64,000 nt of DNA from Marsupella aquatica (GCA_973895155.1 OZ316896.1:14356684-14420683); one strand, 5' to 3'; shown: positions 34,426 to 48,000, numbered from the stretch's first letter. Notes: generated by a model not told the origin, from the letters alone. Translations and numbers: made by a program.

Positions 34426-35082
34426 ATGGGGGGAGACCAGGTGGTTTCTTCCACGATTGCAGGGGGAGGGGGAGGGGGAGGGACGCAGCAGCTTCTAGGC
34501 CTCTCTGACTGGAGAAGGGCGGAACATAAACCCGAGGAGGAGGAGGTTCCCACACATTTGAATTCGAGCACAAGCGGGCTCTCTGTGGTCATATCTACAG
34601 ACAAGCTCTCGGCAAAATACAGCGGGCGTGCAAAGCATGGCAATGATATCGGCGCAATTCAAGGGAACCGGCCTGCCCCTCACCAAAGTCGTCTGTACTA
34701 CTTCGAGATCACGCTGAAAGATCGAGGTCTGAGGGGATGTATTGCCATTGGGTTCACCGATGAGAACTTCAAAATGAGTCGGCAGCCAGGATGGGAGCCG
34801 AACAGTTATGGATACCACGGAGATGATGGACTGCTGTACCACGGGGCGGGTAGGGGGGAGAAATTTGGTCCTACTTTCACCACAGGTGACACTGTAGGTG
34901 CTGGCATCAACTATGCTGCGCAGGAGTTGTTTTTCACGAAGAATGGCAAGCTAGTGGGCACCACATTGAACGATACGAAGGGGCCATTGTATCCCACTGT
35001 GGGTATGCACAGTCAAAACGAAGAGGTAGAGGTGAATTTCGGCCAGGAACCCTTCATATTTGAAGTGGATGCTCTCGTTTAA
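34426..35082 (+). CDS. Truncated RanBPM paralogue: N-terminus plus a single SPRY domain (218 aa), lacking LisH-CTLH-CRA
   Basis: Intact ORF with the same ATG context as 49816. It aligns to residues 1-218 of the full gene and stops at ...FEVDALV*, where the parent continues LVQEERERR. It could be expressed or a young pseudogene. Confidence 0.85.
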   Translation: MGGDQVVSSTIAGGGGGGGTQQLLGLSDWRRAEHKPEEEEVPTHLNSSTSGLSVVISTDKLSAKYSGRAKHGNDIGAIQGNRPAPHQSRLYYFEITLKDRGLRGCIAIGFTDENFKMSRQPGWEPNSYGYHGDDGLLYHGAGRGEKFGPTFTTGDTVGAGINYAAQELFFTKNGKLVGTTLNDTKGPLYPTVGMHSQNEEVEVNFGQEPFIFEVDALV

Positions 35083-35174
35083 GCTCGAAACGTGAGATCT
35101 CGAAGGAAAAAGGATTGGACATGAATCATCAAACATAAGTACATCTGTATATCTATGTATACTACGAGTCGAGA

Positions 35175-35345
35175 CCCAACTCAACTGGGTTTTGCTTACT
35201 GGGTACACTATATACCCAGTAGTACATTAAATACCCAGTCATTCTACATCCAACTATCTTAACCCAACTGGGTTTTGGCTTACTGGGTCCAACTATCTTA
35301 ACCCAACTGGGTTTTGGCTTACTGGGTACACTTACTGGGTACATT
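35175..35345. repeat. Short tandem/dispersed repeats (caactgggttttggcttactgggt)
   Basis: The motif occurs three times, including an exact duplication of about 39 bp. Confidence 0.75.
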
Positions 35346-38139
35346 AAATACCCTGTATGTTAGGGACCAACTGAAAAGCACCCCCTCCCCAACCCTGATG
35401 GGATAATCTTCCCTAAACAGCAGATTTGACAGCTGTAGATTAAGATCTTGAAACTCCAATTGCCAACTTAATAAGGAGTCAACTACTTGATAATCTCTCT
35501 CTCAGGGGCCTCACTCTAAATGGGTGTCTCGTAACCCTTTTTTAGTTATTAAACATACCAAAAAAATTGAAGAGTAAATCTATCCTTATATTTTTGAAAT
35601 ATTCTATAAAAAAATTCAAAATTCATTTCTAAACTCTTATCTTTTCTTATAATTCTCAAAATTGTACTTTAAAAATCTTATGTTCTTCTACATAAATTTA
35701 AAAGTATTCTTTTCAATCCAATAAACAAACTCTCTATACTTATTTTTTGTGTGATGGATAAAAAGGAAATAAGTGAGAACCCTAGGATATCTCTATAATC
35801 TCTCCCATATATAGATCCAAATCCAACAGCCAACCTAATAAGGTGTCAACTAATGTATAATCTCTCTAGAATAATCTCTTCCATATATAGATCCTGGAAC
35901 CAAAAAACTCTGTTCCTGAAATCCAGATAGAGTTATAGTGAGTGGGTTAGACTTGAGTCTACACCAAGAATTTTACCTTCCAATTCTTATGACTCCATTT
36001 TCGAGTCAAATTGTGTGTGGATAAGGCGCTAATTGATCAACAGCAGATGCTTATTAATCAATTACCCGACCCAAGCCTAGTTTTAGGCGGTTGAGAAGCT
36101 CGTCATATGACGCGCAGTGAAATGCCTGGTATAGGGGACTGGGGTAGCTAGCCCAATGAGCCAGTCCCCGGACTAATTCGGCAGTTAGGTAGTGCCCTCG
36201 CTTTGGTACAAAAGGTCCGAAGGCACAGTCCGAACTGCGTTCTATACCATGTCCCATTAGCCCACACGTTCAAAATGGCCTTGCACGAACTGTAGGCAAC
36301 ACCAGTGAGGGTCCACTTCAGTCATCTGGACAGAGGTGGACGTCAGAGAGCCCGTAGTACTCGCCTACCTGAAGGGTGAAAACTTGAAAAATATTTTTTC
36401 TTTTCCTACTTGGCACAAGGGGCTTTCTATAATCCCCCAATTGACAAACCCCCCAAATCTTTTCTTGAAATATCGTAATGTAACAAAGTGAAACACCTGT
36501 TTTCGCTCTTGTTCAATCCGTTGGTTAATATATACATAGATTGGCAATTATTCCAGCCTATCGCAAATAGTGAATGGGTTGGACCTGACTTTCTAGATTT
36601 TCCTACTGGGTTTGGTCAACACCCAGTTACAATAGATGCTCTTAGGGAATCAAGCTAGGTATAGAGTTGGAGTCTAGGCTGCTCTTAGGGAAGCTAGAGT
36701 TGGAGTCTAGGCTGAACAGAGTAAAGCTTGAAGCCTCTAGACCGTGACTGTAGGGCCCTACCAAAGCAAATGTGCGTGTAAAGAAGATATATATAAACAT
36801 TTACAACTATAATAAGGGATCCTGCCTTTCTTCATCCTTCATCCCAATACAAAAAAGCTCTTGGGCGGGAAAGATCCATAGCTGTCGAATTTGATTAGCT
36901 ATTTTCCCTGATCATTGATGAAAAAAATGTGCACCTTTGACACATATGTGCTTCCTGCTGCCCCATAAATGCCCCGGCCCGACTCCCTATGGGCGGCCCT
37001 CCTTGCACAATGCAACGCACTGGCATAGGGCTCGTGATGGTATATTATGTATGACATGAATAAATGAGTATTATTTTTGTCATTTCTCCATTCCCTATTC
37101 AAAGAATGGGAAGAGGGAATAAATTTTATTACATTTTATTATCCTCTCCTCTACTCACCTTCAAAGAAAGATAGTTGGGGAGGGTACCCTCCATTGAAAG
37201 CCACACTTTCGAGCCTAGTATACTCTAGACTGAAACCTCTAACTGCAACTAGTATCCACAAGTGTTGGGGTGAGGCAAGAGGTGGGGAAGTACCTTGGGC
37301 CTAAGCAAAGCTCAGGCATTCAGGCTAGTTAATACTATAATTTGCAATCCAAATTGACCAATCATGACCTATTTGGTAGCTCAGGTGAAGCCAGAGGCCG
37401 TGAGTGATTTCTCTGGTACCAAAAAAATTTGATCAGGTCTCTTCATCTGTTACATAACCAACCTTCCTCAAAGTTACTACAAAAAAAATTTGAATTGCTA
37501 GCTTTCCAAAAAGTGTTTAATGTATTTTTCACATAATGATTATATTTGGGGACATGTAAATCACTCAAACCCATAAACTGCCGAAACAAACTTTTAAAGT
37601 TCTCCTCACATGTCATGTTTCTAGTTGACAACTTTTTAGCTTGTAGTAATTGTGAATAAGGTTCAAAAACATGGTGGGCCTTTCATGTATTTCTCACACA
37701 TATAAGGACTTCATTTAGTGACACTGTGAATAAGTTTCAAAAACGTGGGACTCCGTGGGTCTTTCATGTATTTCTCACATACAGCTTTTTACTATCCTGT
37801 CCCCCAAAGTAAGCTAAATTATTAACTTACCCCCAAAATTATTTTAATTGCTAGGTTGCCCCCCCCATTCTGTATATATGAGTTACTTTCACTGTTTTAG
37901 TTAACCCCAGCTCATGTTCTATAGAAGAACATTAGGGTTTTACAAATGAATTTTGGGAATATTTTGAGAATATTCTAGAAATATAGTCGTAGAAAAATAG
38001 TTCAAAAATTATATTCCCCTTATTTTTTAGGGTGTTTAATAGCTAAAAATATCGAGCATTTTATGAGACCCCCTTTAGAATGAGGCCCCCAAGGAGCATC
38101 CTGAAGCAATTGCTGCTATTTATGGTGGATGGTAAATTA

Positions 38140-39721
38140 ATCCGCAACTCAAAACCGATGCACATAAACCAAACGATCAGCCATGCTCCGGGCCATGCCT
38201 CTGTTCAATCCATAGGTCAAGATGTTGACATTTTTTGCTCAAAAAGCTTGAGCGTACAAACGCTTTTTGCTCAAGAAATGTTGGCTATATTCTGCATGTA
38301 CTCAACGAAAAGGACACGTCGGGCCTGCAAGGTTGAAAGTTTGGTGGGGAGGGAGGAAATGCGTAACAAGGGCAGGGCCGGCCATAGGAAGCAATGGTGG
38401 GTTGGACTAACCATCGGGTAGACTCTCAGCCAATCAAATGCTTCAGTGGGCAGGAAGACAGGGTAGTATTACCCTGATATGGTTTGGGGATCAGTACAAT
38501 AATTGAAACAGATTGGGGGTTGCCTTTGTCATGATACCGTTTAGTTTGGGGGTCAGCTTAGTAAAAAGCTGTATATTTTAATTGATGTGAGTGTTATGAC
38601 TCATATGACGTCAATGGGATATACAATCAGATGTCTGTCACAATTCATACATATATATAATTAACATCAAATTAACAAGCGGTTTGATAAAAAATGATTG
38701 CCCAACATACCCATAGAAATAATTTCAGAACCATGACTGTAGTGATCAAGCTTGTGGGAAATACCCATACACCTCAGTATTGTGATGTAGGCTAATTTTT
38801 TACGGTCACATGTCCCTAAATTTAAGGGTACTAATGGTCTGGTTCTGGATAACTAGGCCTGTGGTTAGCTAGGTGGAAAACTGATTAATGGAAGACAAAA
38901 AACCTACCAAAATTTTGCTAAATGTGGCAGAGACTTATGGTGTTGAAATGTAAAAAAAAGGTGGTGGAATCTAGCAAATCTTGCCACTGAACAAATGCTT
39001 GGTAGGAGCAACTCCACCGGCCTACGGCACCACTGACCAGTTGATATTTGGGTGAGTGATGAGTTTTCTGGTGGGCTGAGTCCAAAAAGTCATGGAGCAT
39101 CTGGAGGATAGCCCCATCAGTGGATGTAGTAGACTGGGTTCTTGCAGTCCACCACAACATCTGCCATTTGTTGCCATAGCCATCCAGGTGAGCAGCAATG
39201 GCGCAATTTGTGTCATCCACTTGCTCAAACTTAGCCAGAAGTGGCATGTGCAAGGCACCATCTGAGTCAGTGATTTTCCTGGGTTTAAGGGTCCTTGGAG
39301 CTAGTTTTTCTTACATTTAGAATGTTTGGCTGCTGGACTCTGGCCAGGGCATCACACTTACCTGTGCCCAAGACATTCAGACATTATTAGACAGAGCAGC
39401 AGGCCAGATAACTGCACTGAAGGTACTCATAAAATTTTAGATAATGTAAGAGTATAAGCAAATTCTAGACATTGACAAAGCTTTGGCTTATCTGAGATAT
39501 AGCTGGTCCATCCTGGTACGCAATTTGTTATTGTCTCATAGCATAATTAGTGCAAGGACCTCTAGGTCATGTAAGCTTGATTGAGTTTAACAAGTTGGGG
39601 CCATCCTTCTTTTAGGCATCATATCCAATTTGCCAGATCTTTTGGCGGCAGTGAGAAATTAAGATTGTTTGTTGGCAATTGCCACAAAGAAATTGCAGTA
39701 GCTCTTGGTAGTGCTGGAAAT
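38140..39721. repeat. About 1.5 kb dispersed repeat, copy B (see 8080-9561)
   Basis: Colinear match to 8080-9561 with small indels. Confidence 0.9.
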
Positions 39722-40454
39722 GTAACTTCTCAAGTCAGAGTACATTGTTCCAATTTTTCAGGCCTTGTTGTTATGGACACAAACTCATGAATTGAAGTCT
39801 GGTGCCTAGTGCTCCCAGTTAATTAATCCGTGGACCCCCATGTTCATCCAAGGAATATTTGTGTGATTAAGTGAAATCAATTTTCATCAAGGCGGTAACC
39901 AACGGTTTTGAGTCTCCCGATGGTGTTGGTGTGTGCTCGTACAAAACCAAATGCTCAAAAGATAGATTTTAATCAAACGGAAGGTTGAATGTGGAGGAAT
40001 TGAGTTTTCTTATAGGTTTTGCTTACACATTGGAGAAATAATCTTTCAACCATTCTTGATTGATTGTTTGTGAGTTACATTGAGCATTACCACCACAAGA
40101 TAGACTAGAGCACAACACTCAGCTGTTGGCAAAAGAACGCTTGTCAATTTGGTGGGAAGAATGTTCACACAAAACGAACGAGCCGTCACTTCAAACAAAG
40201 GATTTGTAGTTATTTTATTTAAGAAAACTATGGTGTGAGGGGAAGACCAACAATTGTTTCTTTGACATAGAGGCTGCATTTGGCATCAACCTGTGTTCAG
40301 AGTGAGCTTTAGTTGAAGACTATCTAAGAGATGCAAACAATTCAAGCCGGGAAGCAAGCATTGTGGACAAGTGATGGTGACGTAATCAAAGAAATCAATT
40401 TGTAGCGGCTAAGTTTGTGATGGTGACAAGATTGTGATATCTCTTAATCGAGAA

Positions 40455-40940
40455 AGGGTTTCCAATGAGCCTCAAATTGACAAATTTTGTCAAGTTCCAT
40501 ATGAGTTTTTGAATATCTTTGTCTTTCCAATGAGTGTTAGTATAAGAAATTTTGATTATGAGTTCATGAATTCTTTTAGCTTTCTAATATTGAGTCTGAC
40601 ATTTACAAATTTTATGTTATATTTTGTCACGGTGCTCAAGAGATCAGGAGGTTTTCAATCTTTTTAGCTTTCTAATGTGTGACATTGAGATTATTTGTCA
40701 AGAAATAGGGAGATCATGAGTATCTAAATTTCTCTAGCTTTCCAATGAACCTAACATTGATAGATTTTGTCAAGTACTGAGGAGATGATGAGTTTTTAAT
40801 TTTACTCAAACTTTCCAATGAGTGACATTGTGAGATTTTATCAAGACATTACTAAAGATATCACGAGTTTCTAAATCTTGATCTTGAATTTTCCAATGAA
40901 TCAAACATTGGAAAATTTTATCAAGTACTAAGGAGATTTA
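40455..40940. repeat. Degenerate tandem repeat, about 60 bp unit
   Basis: Recurring tttccaatgag..gacattg..agattttgtcaag. Confidence 0.6.
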
Positions 40941-41218
40941 TTATTTAGTTTTACAATGTGAAGCCAAATGGGTTTTAATTATGTACATTTCTATCGATTG
41001 ATTTTTTCAAACTTGTAAACAATTAAAAAATAGAAACATTTTAATATAAAACATTGATAAATCTTTGATAAACACTAGTACATTTTACCTCCTTTTTCCG
41101 ATTCTCTCCACATCGGACGCCTTTGTAAAATAAAATTTGAAAAACCATATATCCGATACTACTAGCATCGCAACATGCCATTTTAATAGTATCGGATATC
41201 GACAATCGGACTTCTATC

Positions 41219-41372
41219 GGAAAGTCCGATGGTGGGAGAATGGGAAAGTCCGATGGTGGGAGAATGGGAAAGTCCGATGCTAGGAGAATGGGAAAGTCCG
41301 ATGGTGAGAGAATGGGAAAGTCCGATGCTAGGAGAATGGGAAAATCCGATGCTAGGAGAATGGGAAAGTCCG
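41219..41372 (+). repeat. 24-bp tandem array (ggaaagtccgatgctaggagaatg) x about 6, left part of the CACTA
   Basis: Direct inspection; this array produces the spurious ESPMLGEW and SDFPILL ORFs. Confidence 0.95.
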
Positions 41373-42224
41373 AAGCAATCAAAATGGGATATGCATTTCA
41401 GCGGACGCGACATGCTCAGGTCACCCATCTCTTCCTTTAATTGGGTTTCTACTTTCATTTGGAACTATGAGCTATATAGGTGCCCATCTCCCTTGACATG
41501 TGAACTCTTCAAATTTTCTCAACTAATTGGTCACCCATCCCAATTGCTATTCCTCCAACATGAGCTTAACTTTGTGGTTCTTATTCCTTACATTGTACAT
41601 GCAAGCTTAGCACTTTTGTTGTTTGACTTAGAGTGTTTGGGGATTTTATGCACTTGTGAGTTTACTAAGACCCATAATTTGGACCCATTCTTGATCCATT
41701 TTTCTCTATCATGAGATTAGATCTTTGCATCAAGTGACCTATTCTAGTTACCCTATTACATTCCCCTAGGAGAAACCAATAGAAATCTGGCACGGGTCAT
41801 TCATCGATAGTAAAGCCCTCCTTCATTAGATTTGATATGGGATAATTATGGCTTATTAGTTATGGATGATATTTTGGTCCTTCCAAAGCCTCAGCGTCAA
41901 TGGCTCCTGATTGTCTCATCTTTTATCAACTATGTTGTTGTTGGACTTGCAACAAAGACTACATGGGACAAACAACCTCCTTCTAGATGATGTATTTTGG
42001 ACTTGGCATGTTGAGCACATATTTCCGTAAGGGAACAATATGTTGGGTCTTGGAATGAGGCAAAAACAACACTCAAGTCCATTTGCCTCAAGTATGAAGT
42101 TATTCATGCATGCAAGAATGATTGCATCTTTTGGGAAGAGTATGTCGGTGCAACCACATACCCCATCTAACACATCAAAACTTTTCATTCTAACACAATC
42201 AAAAATTTTCTTTTTGTCATAACC

Positions 42225-42400
42225 AGACTTTCCCATACTCCCAGCATCGGACTTTCCCATTCTTCTAGCATCGGACTTTCCCATTCTTCCAGCATCGGAC
42301 TTTCCCATTCTTCCAGCATCGGACTTTCCCATTCTTCTAGCATCGGACTTTCCCATACTCCCAACATCGGACTTTCCCATTCTCCCAACATCGGACTTTG
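42225..42400 (-). repeat. 24-bp tandem array x about 7, reverse complement of the 41219 array
   Basis: catcggactttcccattcttctag units. Confidence 0.95.
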
Positions 42401-42789
42401 CCATGTTAGCACAATCGGATATAATATCCGTTCTTATTAACTACGGAAAGTTTCCGATCAATATTGTAACGCACATCATTTTCGTTACAAAAAACATCGG
42501 ACATATCAATCAAAGTTTCTGTTGAGGGATCCGATATGTTTTCTAACGGATATGATCCGTTTTTTAACGCATCGGAAAGGTTCCGTTGTCAATTATATCG
42601 GAAATGAAGATATCCAAAGCCGAGAGTATGGCATATTGCCATTTTTTGATAATCGAAATTTCCGATGCTAAAAGAATCGGACGCCGATTGTTCGCAAAAA
42701 TTGAGCATCGAAAATCAGCTTAATATGTACTAGTGAAACATCAAAATGATAACTTTGTTTTACTAAATGACATCTCTTTCTTTGTATTT

Positions 42790-42980
42790 TGGTTTTTTTT
42801 ACGTTTAGTATTTACGGCATGGCGCCCCAAAAATTACGTTGCTTTTGCCACAAACAGGAATGTGCATGTTTGTTATTGTTAAAAGTAGGATCATTCCTGT
42901 TTGTGGTTAGTTTTGATGATGTGGCGCAACCTCATGGCAGAGAATTTGCAAGAGACCCCTAATGGGGGTCCGTAATTAGG
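42790..42980. repeat. Dispersed repeat of about 190 bp, second copy at about 47070-47240
   Basis: gcatggcg.cccaaaa.ttac...cacaaaca.gaatg...tgatgtggc.c...gaattt...aagagacc.ct.at.ggg.tccgtaa in both places. Confidence 0.7.
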
Positions 42981-43939
42981 TACGGCTCTGTGTGATCTTT
43001 CTATCTACTAGTGCAGTCGAGCTTAGTCCTCTTCCTAAGGTTAGCCATGAGAGACATATTCATACGTTTGTGAACAACATGAGAGGAAATGCTACCAATC
43101 CTGCCGGCCATAGCCGGAGTCCAGCCCACATCAATTGTACTATCTAATTCATAAAGTTGGCTACTCACACAAAGTTGGGATCTGAGCAGATGGTGAAGCA
43201 AGTTAAGATCCAATTCTCTACAGTTAGCTATCATTAAGTGTGTCATGGTTAAGTGCTTGAGGGATCTCAATCATCGCCCAGGGCTTGAGCACGTGTTGAA
43301 TCTTGCTGAGAACTTAGGAGAGGTTAATAGACCCAGACAGTGCTTTTTTGGTGAGAGGTTAGGACTTTAGTTGCGCCAAGTAGCATCTGGTGGCAAGTCA
43401 CTTAATACAGTGGCATGAGTAAGGTGTCTCACACATCTAATGTGCATCATTAGATCCCCCTAGACTCAAGGACTACCATTGGACCTGCCCAACAGGGTCA
43501 CAATGGAGGTGAATTTTGTCCCAAATACGTTTTCCTTTGTGTAGCTGCCAGCCGACATCTTGAATAAGAATTTGGTTTTAAAATGCCACTAAAAAGACAC
43601 TCAGGTAACTAATGTAGTGCTAACATGCACTCCCAAACGCACTAACCATGAGTAAACTACCCAAAAATGGAAACCACACAAACCACAAAATCCTTATTTT
43701 TTATTCACTCATTACCTTTTTGAGGGAGAGATTTACAGAACACTATATTTATTATATGACAGTGAAGCAGAAGACCATAAGAAGGGCGTAACTATTAAAG
43801 GGCTCACTCATCCAAAAAAGTGAGTGTATCCAAGTTGCTCTGATTGTGGCGGGCCCTTTTGGTCCTCACCTTTATCTAACTCTGAAAGGCCATAGTTGGG
43901 GGCTTTTATGTAGAAACTAGGCAGATGATTGTGCGTTGC

Positions 43940-44260
43940 ACAAAAGATGTCAAGGTGAAAAAAGATATGATAACTAAGAGAAAAAAATGTCAAGTTGAGG
44001 AAAGGAAGTCTAGGTGAAAAGGTGTCAAGGAGAGAAAAGATGATGAAGTGAGATAATTATGTAAAGATGAGGAAGAGGTGTTAGGCCCAAAAAAGATGTC
44101 AAGGTGAGAAAAGGATAGCACGATGAAAAAAAGATAAGATGTTGAGGTGAGAAAAAGATGTCAAGGTGAGAAAAAGATGCAAATGAAAGAAAATATGTCG
44201 AGGGGAGATAAATATTTTAAGATTAGAAAAATATGTCAAGGGGAAGAAAATATAAGTTTT
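43940..44260. repeat. Degenerate purine-rich short tandem repeat (aagatgtcaaggtgagaaaa-like, about 20 bp)
   Basis: The motif recurs many times with variation. Confidence 0.65.
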
Positions 44261-44801
44261 GTGATATAGTTGTCGAGGCATGTTATGTGTGAGTCCTGGT
44301 CATACAATTGTTATGGTTGTGTTCAATAACTAGTGCATTGCACATAGAAATTGGAGATGCTAGATATCGGTCACAACATCATAGAGTCCAAGCACAACCA
44401 AGCGAACGGGAAAAATATGGTATTTTTTAGGTTTTCATTTTAGAAAAAATATTTTTTATTAAAATTTCCCCAATTTTATAAGTTTAAATAATTTAATTCT
44501 TTTTAGCTAAGGTTTCTACCTAGGCCAGGTGCGGGCAGGAAAAGATTAGCTTGGGCATGCATATATTTTAAGATGGGGGTGCATGGATAGATGTAACGGT
44601 GTACAACTTAATAATGTTTTGATGAAGGGGTGTACAACTTAATGATGTTTTGATGAAAGGTTAAGATTGGTTCCCATTTTTAATCAATTTATAAACAAAC
44701 CAGCCCACCTTTCAGGACTGATAGAGTATTAAAGTGGTAGATTTGGGGTATTGTATATATTCAAATACTTGTACGAACTGCAGCTCCCAAAGACCATATA
44801 G

Positions 44802-45075
44802 CATGTTCATCCTGAAACATAATTGATTTTTTTGTCTTATAGTGATCTGAAAATAAATCAAATATGAGAGCATAATTAGAAGGATAAAATAATACATGTT
44901 CATCCTGAAACATGCTTGATTTTTTGTCTTAAAGTGATCTGAAAATAAATCAAATATGAGAGCATAACTAGAAGGATAAAATAATACATGTTCATCCTGA
45001 AACATGCTTGATTTTTTGTCTTATAATGATTTGAAAATAAATCAAATATGAGAGCATAACTAGAAAGATAAAATA
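44802..45075. repeat. Tandem repeat, about 92 bp x3
   Basis: catgttcatcctgaaacat at 44802, 44895 and 44987. Confidence 0.92.
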
Positions 45076-48000
45076 ATGTAAGTAAAGTGTCTTCCAAGAA
45101 AAGCATAGTGACCAATGAAAAGTACAGTCAAGTTTTATGACACATCGATGCTACAATTTGTCCACTTAAAGCTATGTGCCTTATGAATGACACTCATTTC
45201 AATAAAAACCATAAACTTGGGAAAAATTGACATGAGGGGAACTTAAAACACTATATGTTCATGATATTTCAAATCATTTCTCTCACTCATGAGACTACTT
45301 TGCTCAAGTGATGGAGCAGTTGGTTTCATCTCTAAGAGATCACAAACTTTTAAAAGTTATAGGGGGCTGCCAAAATAAGTTCAAAATACTCTAGAATATC
45401 TAAAATTAAAGGGTCTAAAAATTAATTAAAAATATATAATTCTGATGCAAAGATTGTAACTTGATAAGGCACATTGAAATAAAAATACATGACACAAAAA
45501 ATCTGAAAAAGATAAAATCTGAAAAGTGGATTCACCATAGAGGATCTTCAATAAGATCAAATATTTATACAATCTGCAGCTCCCAAAGACCACACAGCTA
45601 ACAAGATGCTTGACTACGGTAGATATTGAAACCCATACTACTTCAAAACATTGGTTGTCACTCAAGTACACATGCCTTTCTTTTGTGTATAAGATCACAT
45701 TTCTCAGGTTTTCGAGTGTTAAAAGTCGCAAAGTCAAACTCTGTGTTAAGTCTGATCATCAACTTCTAGAGATATTTTTGCATTTATAAGGATAAACAAT
45801 GAATTCGGATATATGCACCAACACAACTCTCTTTTTGTTTGGCTCTCACTTAATCCCAAATTAGTTCGTGGACCCGCTAGCTACATTTTTTAGGCCTTGC
45901 TTGAGTAAAAATAATATATGTGATATTAGCTTTAGCTCAAGTTGTGTGAGTCTATTATGGTCCAAAATGATCTGGTAACACACTTTATTATGCTGAGATA
46001 GTTTTACAAATTTTAGTGAAAATATAAGATAAATTACCTCATCCAAATGTGATTTTGCAATAGTCTTCATAATGACCAGTAAAATGAGGGCTTTTAGCTT
46101 GAGTTTTGAGAGGCTAATATGATTCATAATGCTCTGCTAGTAGGCATTAAAACACTTAAGGTATGTGAGATATTTTAGTTAATTTTAGAACATTAATAAA
46201 CCCAAGGCACAGTTTTGTAGTTAGATGATTTGGGCATTGGATGGCACTATATTTGACCACTTGCCATGGGCACTTTGAGTTGAGAAAACTACTTTCTCAA
46301 GTTCAATTGAGAAGAGTGCTTTCTCAACAACAAACCCTAAGTTTTCTAGTAGTTGAGCCCTGTTAATTTGTAGAAGATTTGTCAATGTACTTTCAGATAA
46401 TTGGAAATTCTAGACATTTCACTGAAGTCTAACTTTGGCTAGTTTTGAATTAGAGGTTAATAGCCTCATGACCTTGACGCAGCTATTCACCAAATGGAGA
46501 AGGGCAAAGCTAGCTTTGAGAAAAGAGAAATTTGATTAGGAAGGGAAGCTGGTACTCATGTTGTGTTGAACAAGTAGAATATATTTTCTCACAAAATCAT
46601 TGTGGACCCATTCAGCGATTGCCTGAGCAGTTTGACATTTTTCCAATTGCCACATGAATACTTTGCTTTGCAGGCCAAAGTTGACAACGTGATTTATCAC
46701 AAACAGTTGTCAAAATCAGGCCTTTTCGCTACATGCCACCAAATTCTCAAGAGAGTCAATAGTCAATTCATGGCAAGTCCTATGAAACCAGATCAATGTC
46801 TGATCAAATGAATTGTATCAATTCGTTGAGTTCAAATTCCGACCATGGCAGTTTGCCTGAATTGCAAAAGGCTGGAAATCTTACTCCATGTGCTAGTTAC
46901 CCGTTAACAAGGAAGTTATCAAGTTAGTTATTACTTAGTCATTGTTTATTATATGAAAAATATTTTTCAAATCTTTGAATTTAATTTTTAAAATTGGATA
47001 AGTAACTAAAACGGTTACATAGTGATAGTTTTACCCGTCTTGCTCTTTGCATTTCTAGATTTTTACATTTATTTTTATAGCATGGCGTCCCAAAATTTAC
47101 ACCCAAATTGACACAAACACGAATGAAAACTGTAAGTTTGATTCACAAAACCGACGAGTCTTGTTTGTTGTGGTTGTTGTTGATGTGGCACGCTCTGGTG
47201 CCAGGAATTTTGGAAGAGACCTCTCATAGGGTCCGTAAATAAGTTTGATATTTATGTACCATATATTCAAGTAGCGTTATGGTATTTTGGAGATGCTAGG
47301 AAGTACAATATGAAAGTAATACTGCCATTTGACTACACACTTCCTTGAAATGAGCTAAACATCAAAATTTTGTATTGGCTCAGAGCACATTCATTTCATT
47401 TGTTTTTAATTCCATTGCCACTAAAGATATTTTAATTTATAATAATTATTTTTTATTGTATTTACAAATATGTCATGATTTAAGAATTTTTTCACTTTGG
47501 TCCCTTTGTTTAACTTGTAGTGCTTTATATGAAACGGTGACATCTTTGTAAATACAAAAAACTCATTGCAGTATTATCAATTTGAACATTTTTTAAGGGT
47601 ATAGTTGTGAAACCCCATAGAAAGTGAACAATCAGTCAAACAATTTGAATATCTTTAGTGGTAAGGTAAATAAAAGTTGTTTTGTTTTTTCAATCTTCAC
47701 TCATGAAAAAATTATTTTGGGGGGCCTCAAGATGTACGTGCTTTGTTTTTGATCGAAACATCGAAATAACACTTACACAATTGATGCAGACTGTCCTTTA
47801 GGGGCTCGCTTAGGTAGAGCAAATGTGACAAGGACAAATAAACCCCAAATTTTGTGGAAGGCTCCTGGCTGGTCTTTTTCCCAAAGCAAGTATGACTTTG
47901 CCTGGGTTAAGGAGGTTTTGCATAGGTTTGACGCAATTGTTTTCATCTTTTGTCATACTTATTCTTATACTTCATTGTTCTTTTTGCTTTAATTCTCTTT

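Larger units (their letters stand above)
41073..42735. mobile_element. Non-autonomous CACTA (En/Spm-type) DNA transposon, 1663 bp
   Basis: 11-bp TIRs CACTAGTACAT (41073) and ATGTACTAGTG (ends 42735), 3-bp TSD AAA on both sides, and 24-bp tandem arrays in opposite orientation near each end. No transposase ORF. Confidence 0.92.

Noticed and set aside
41041-42412. Repetitive ORFs (SDFPILL, ESPMLGEW, MGKSDARR)
   Set aside because: These are translations of the 24-bp arrays inside the CACTA element, open in several frames on both strands.
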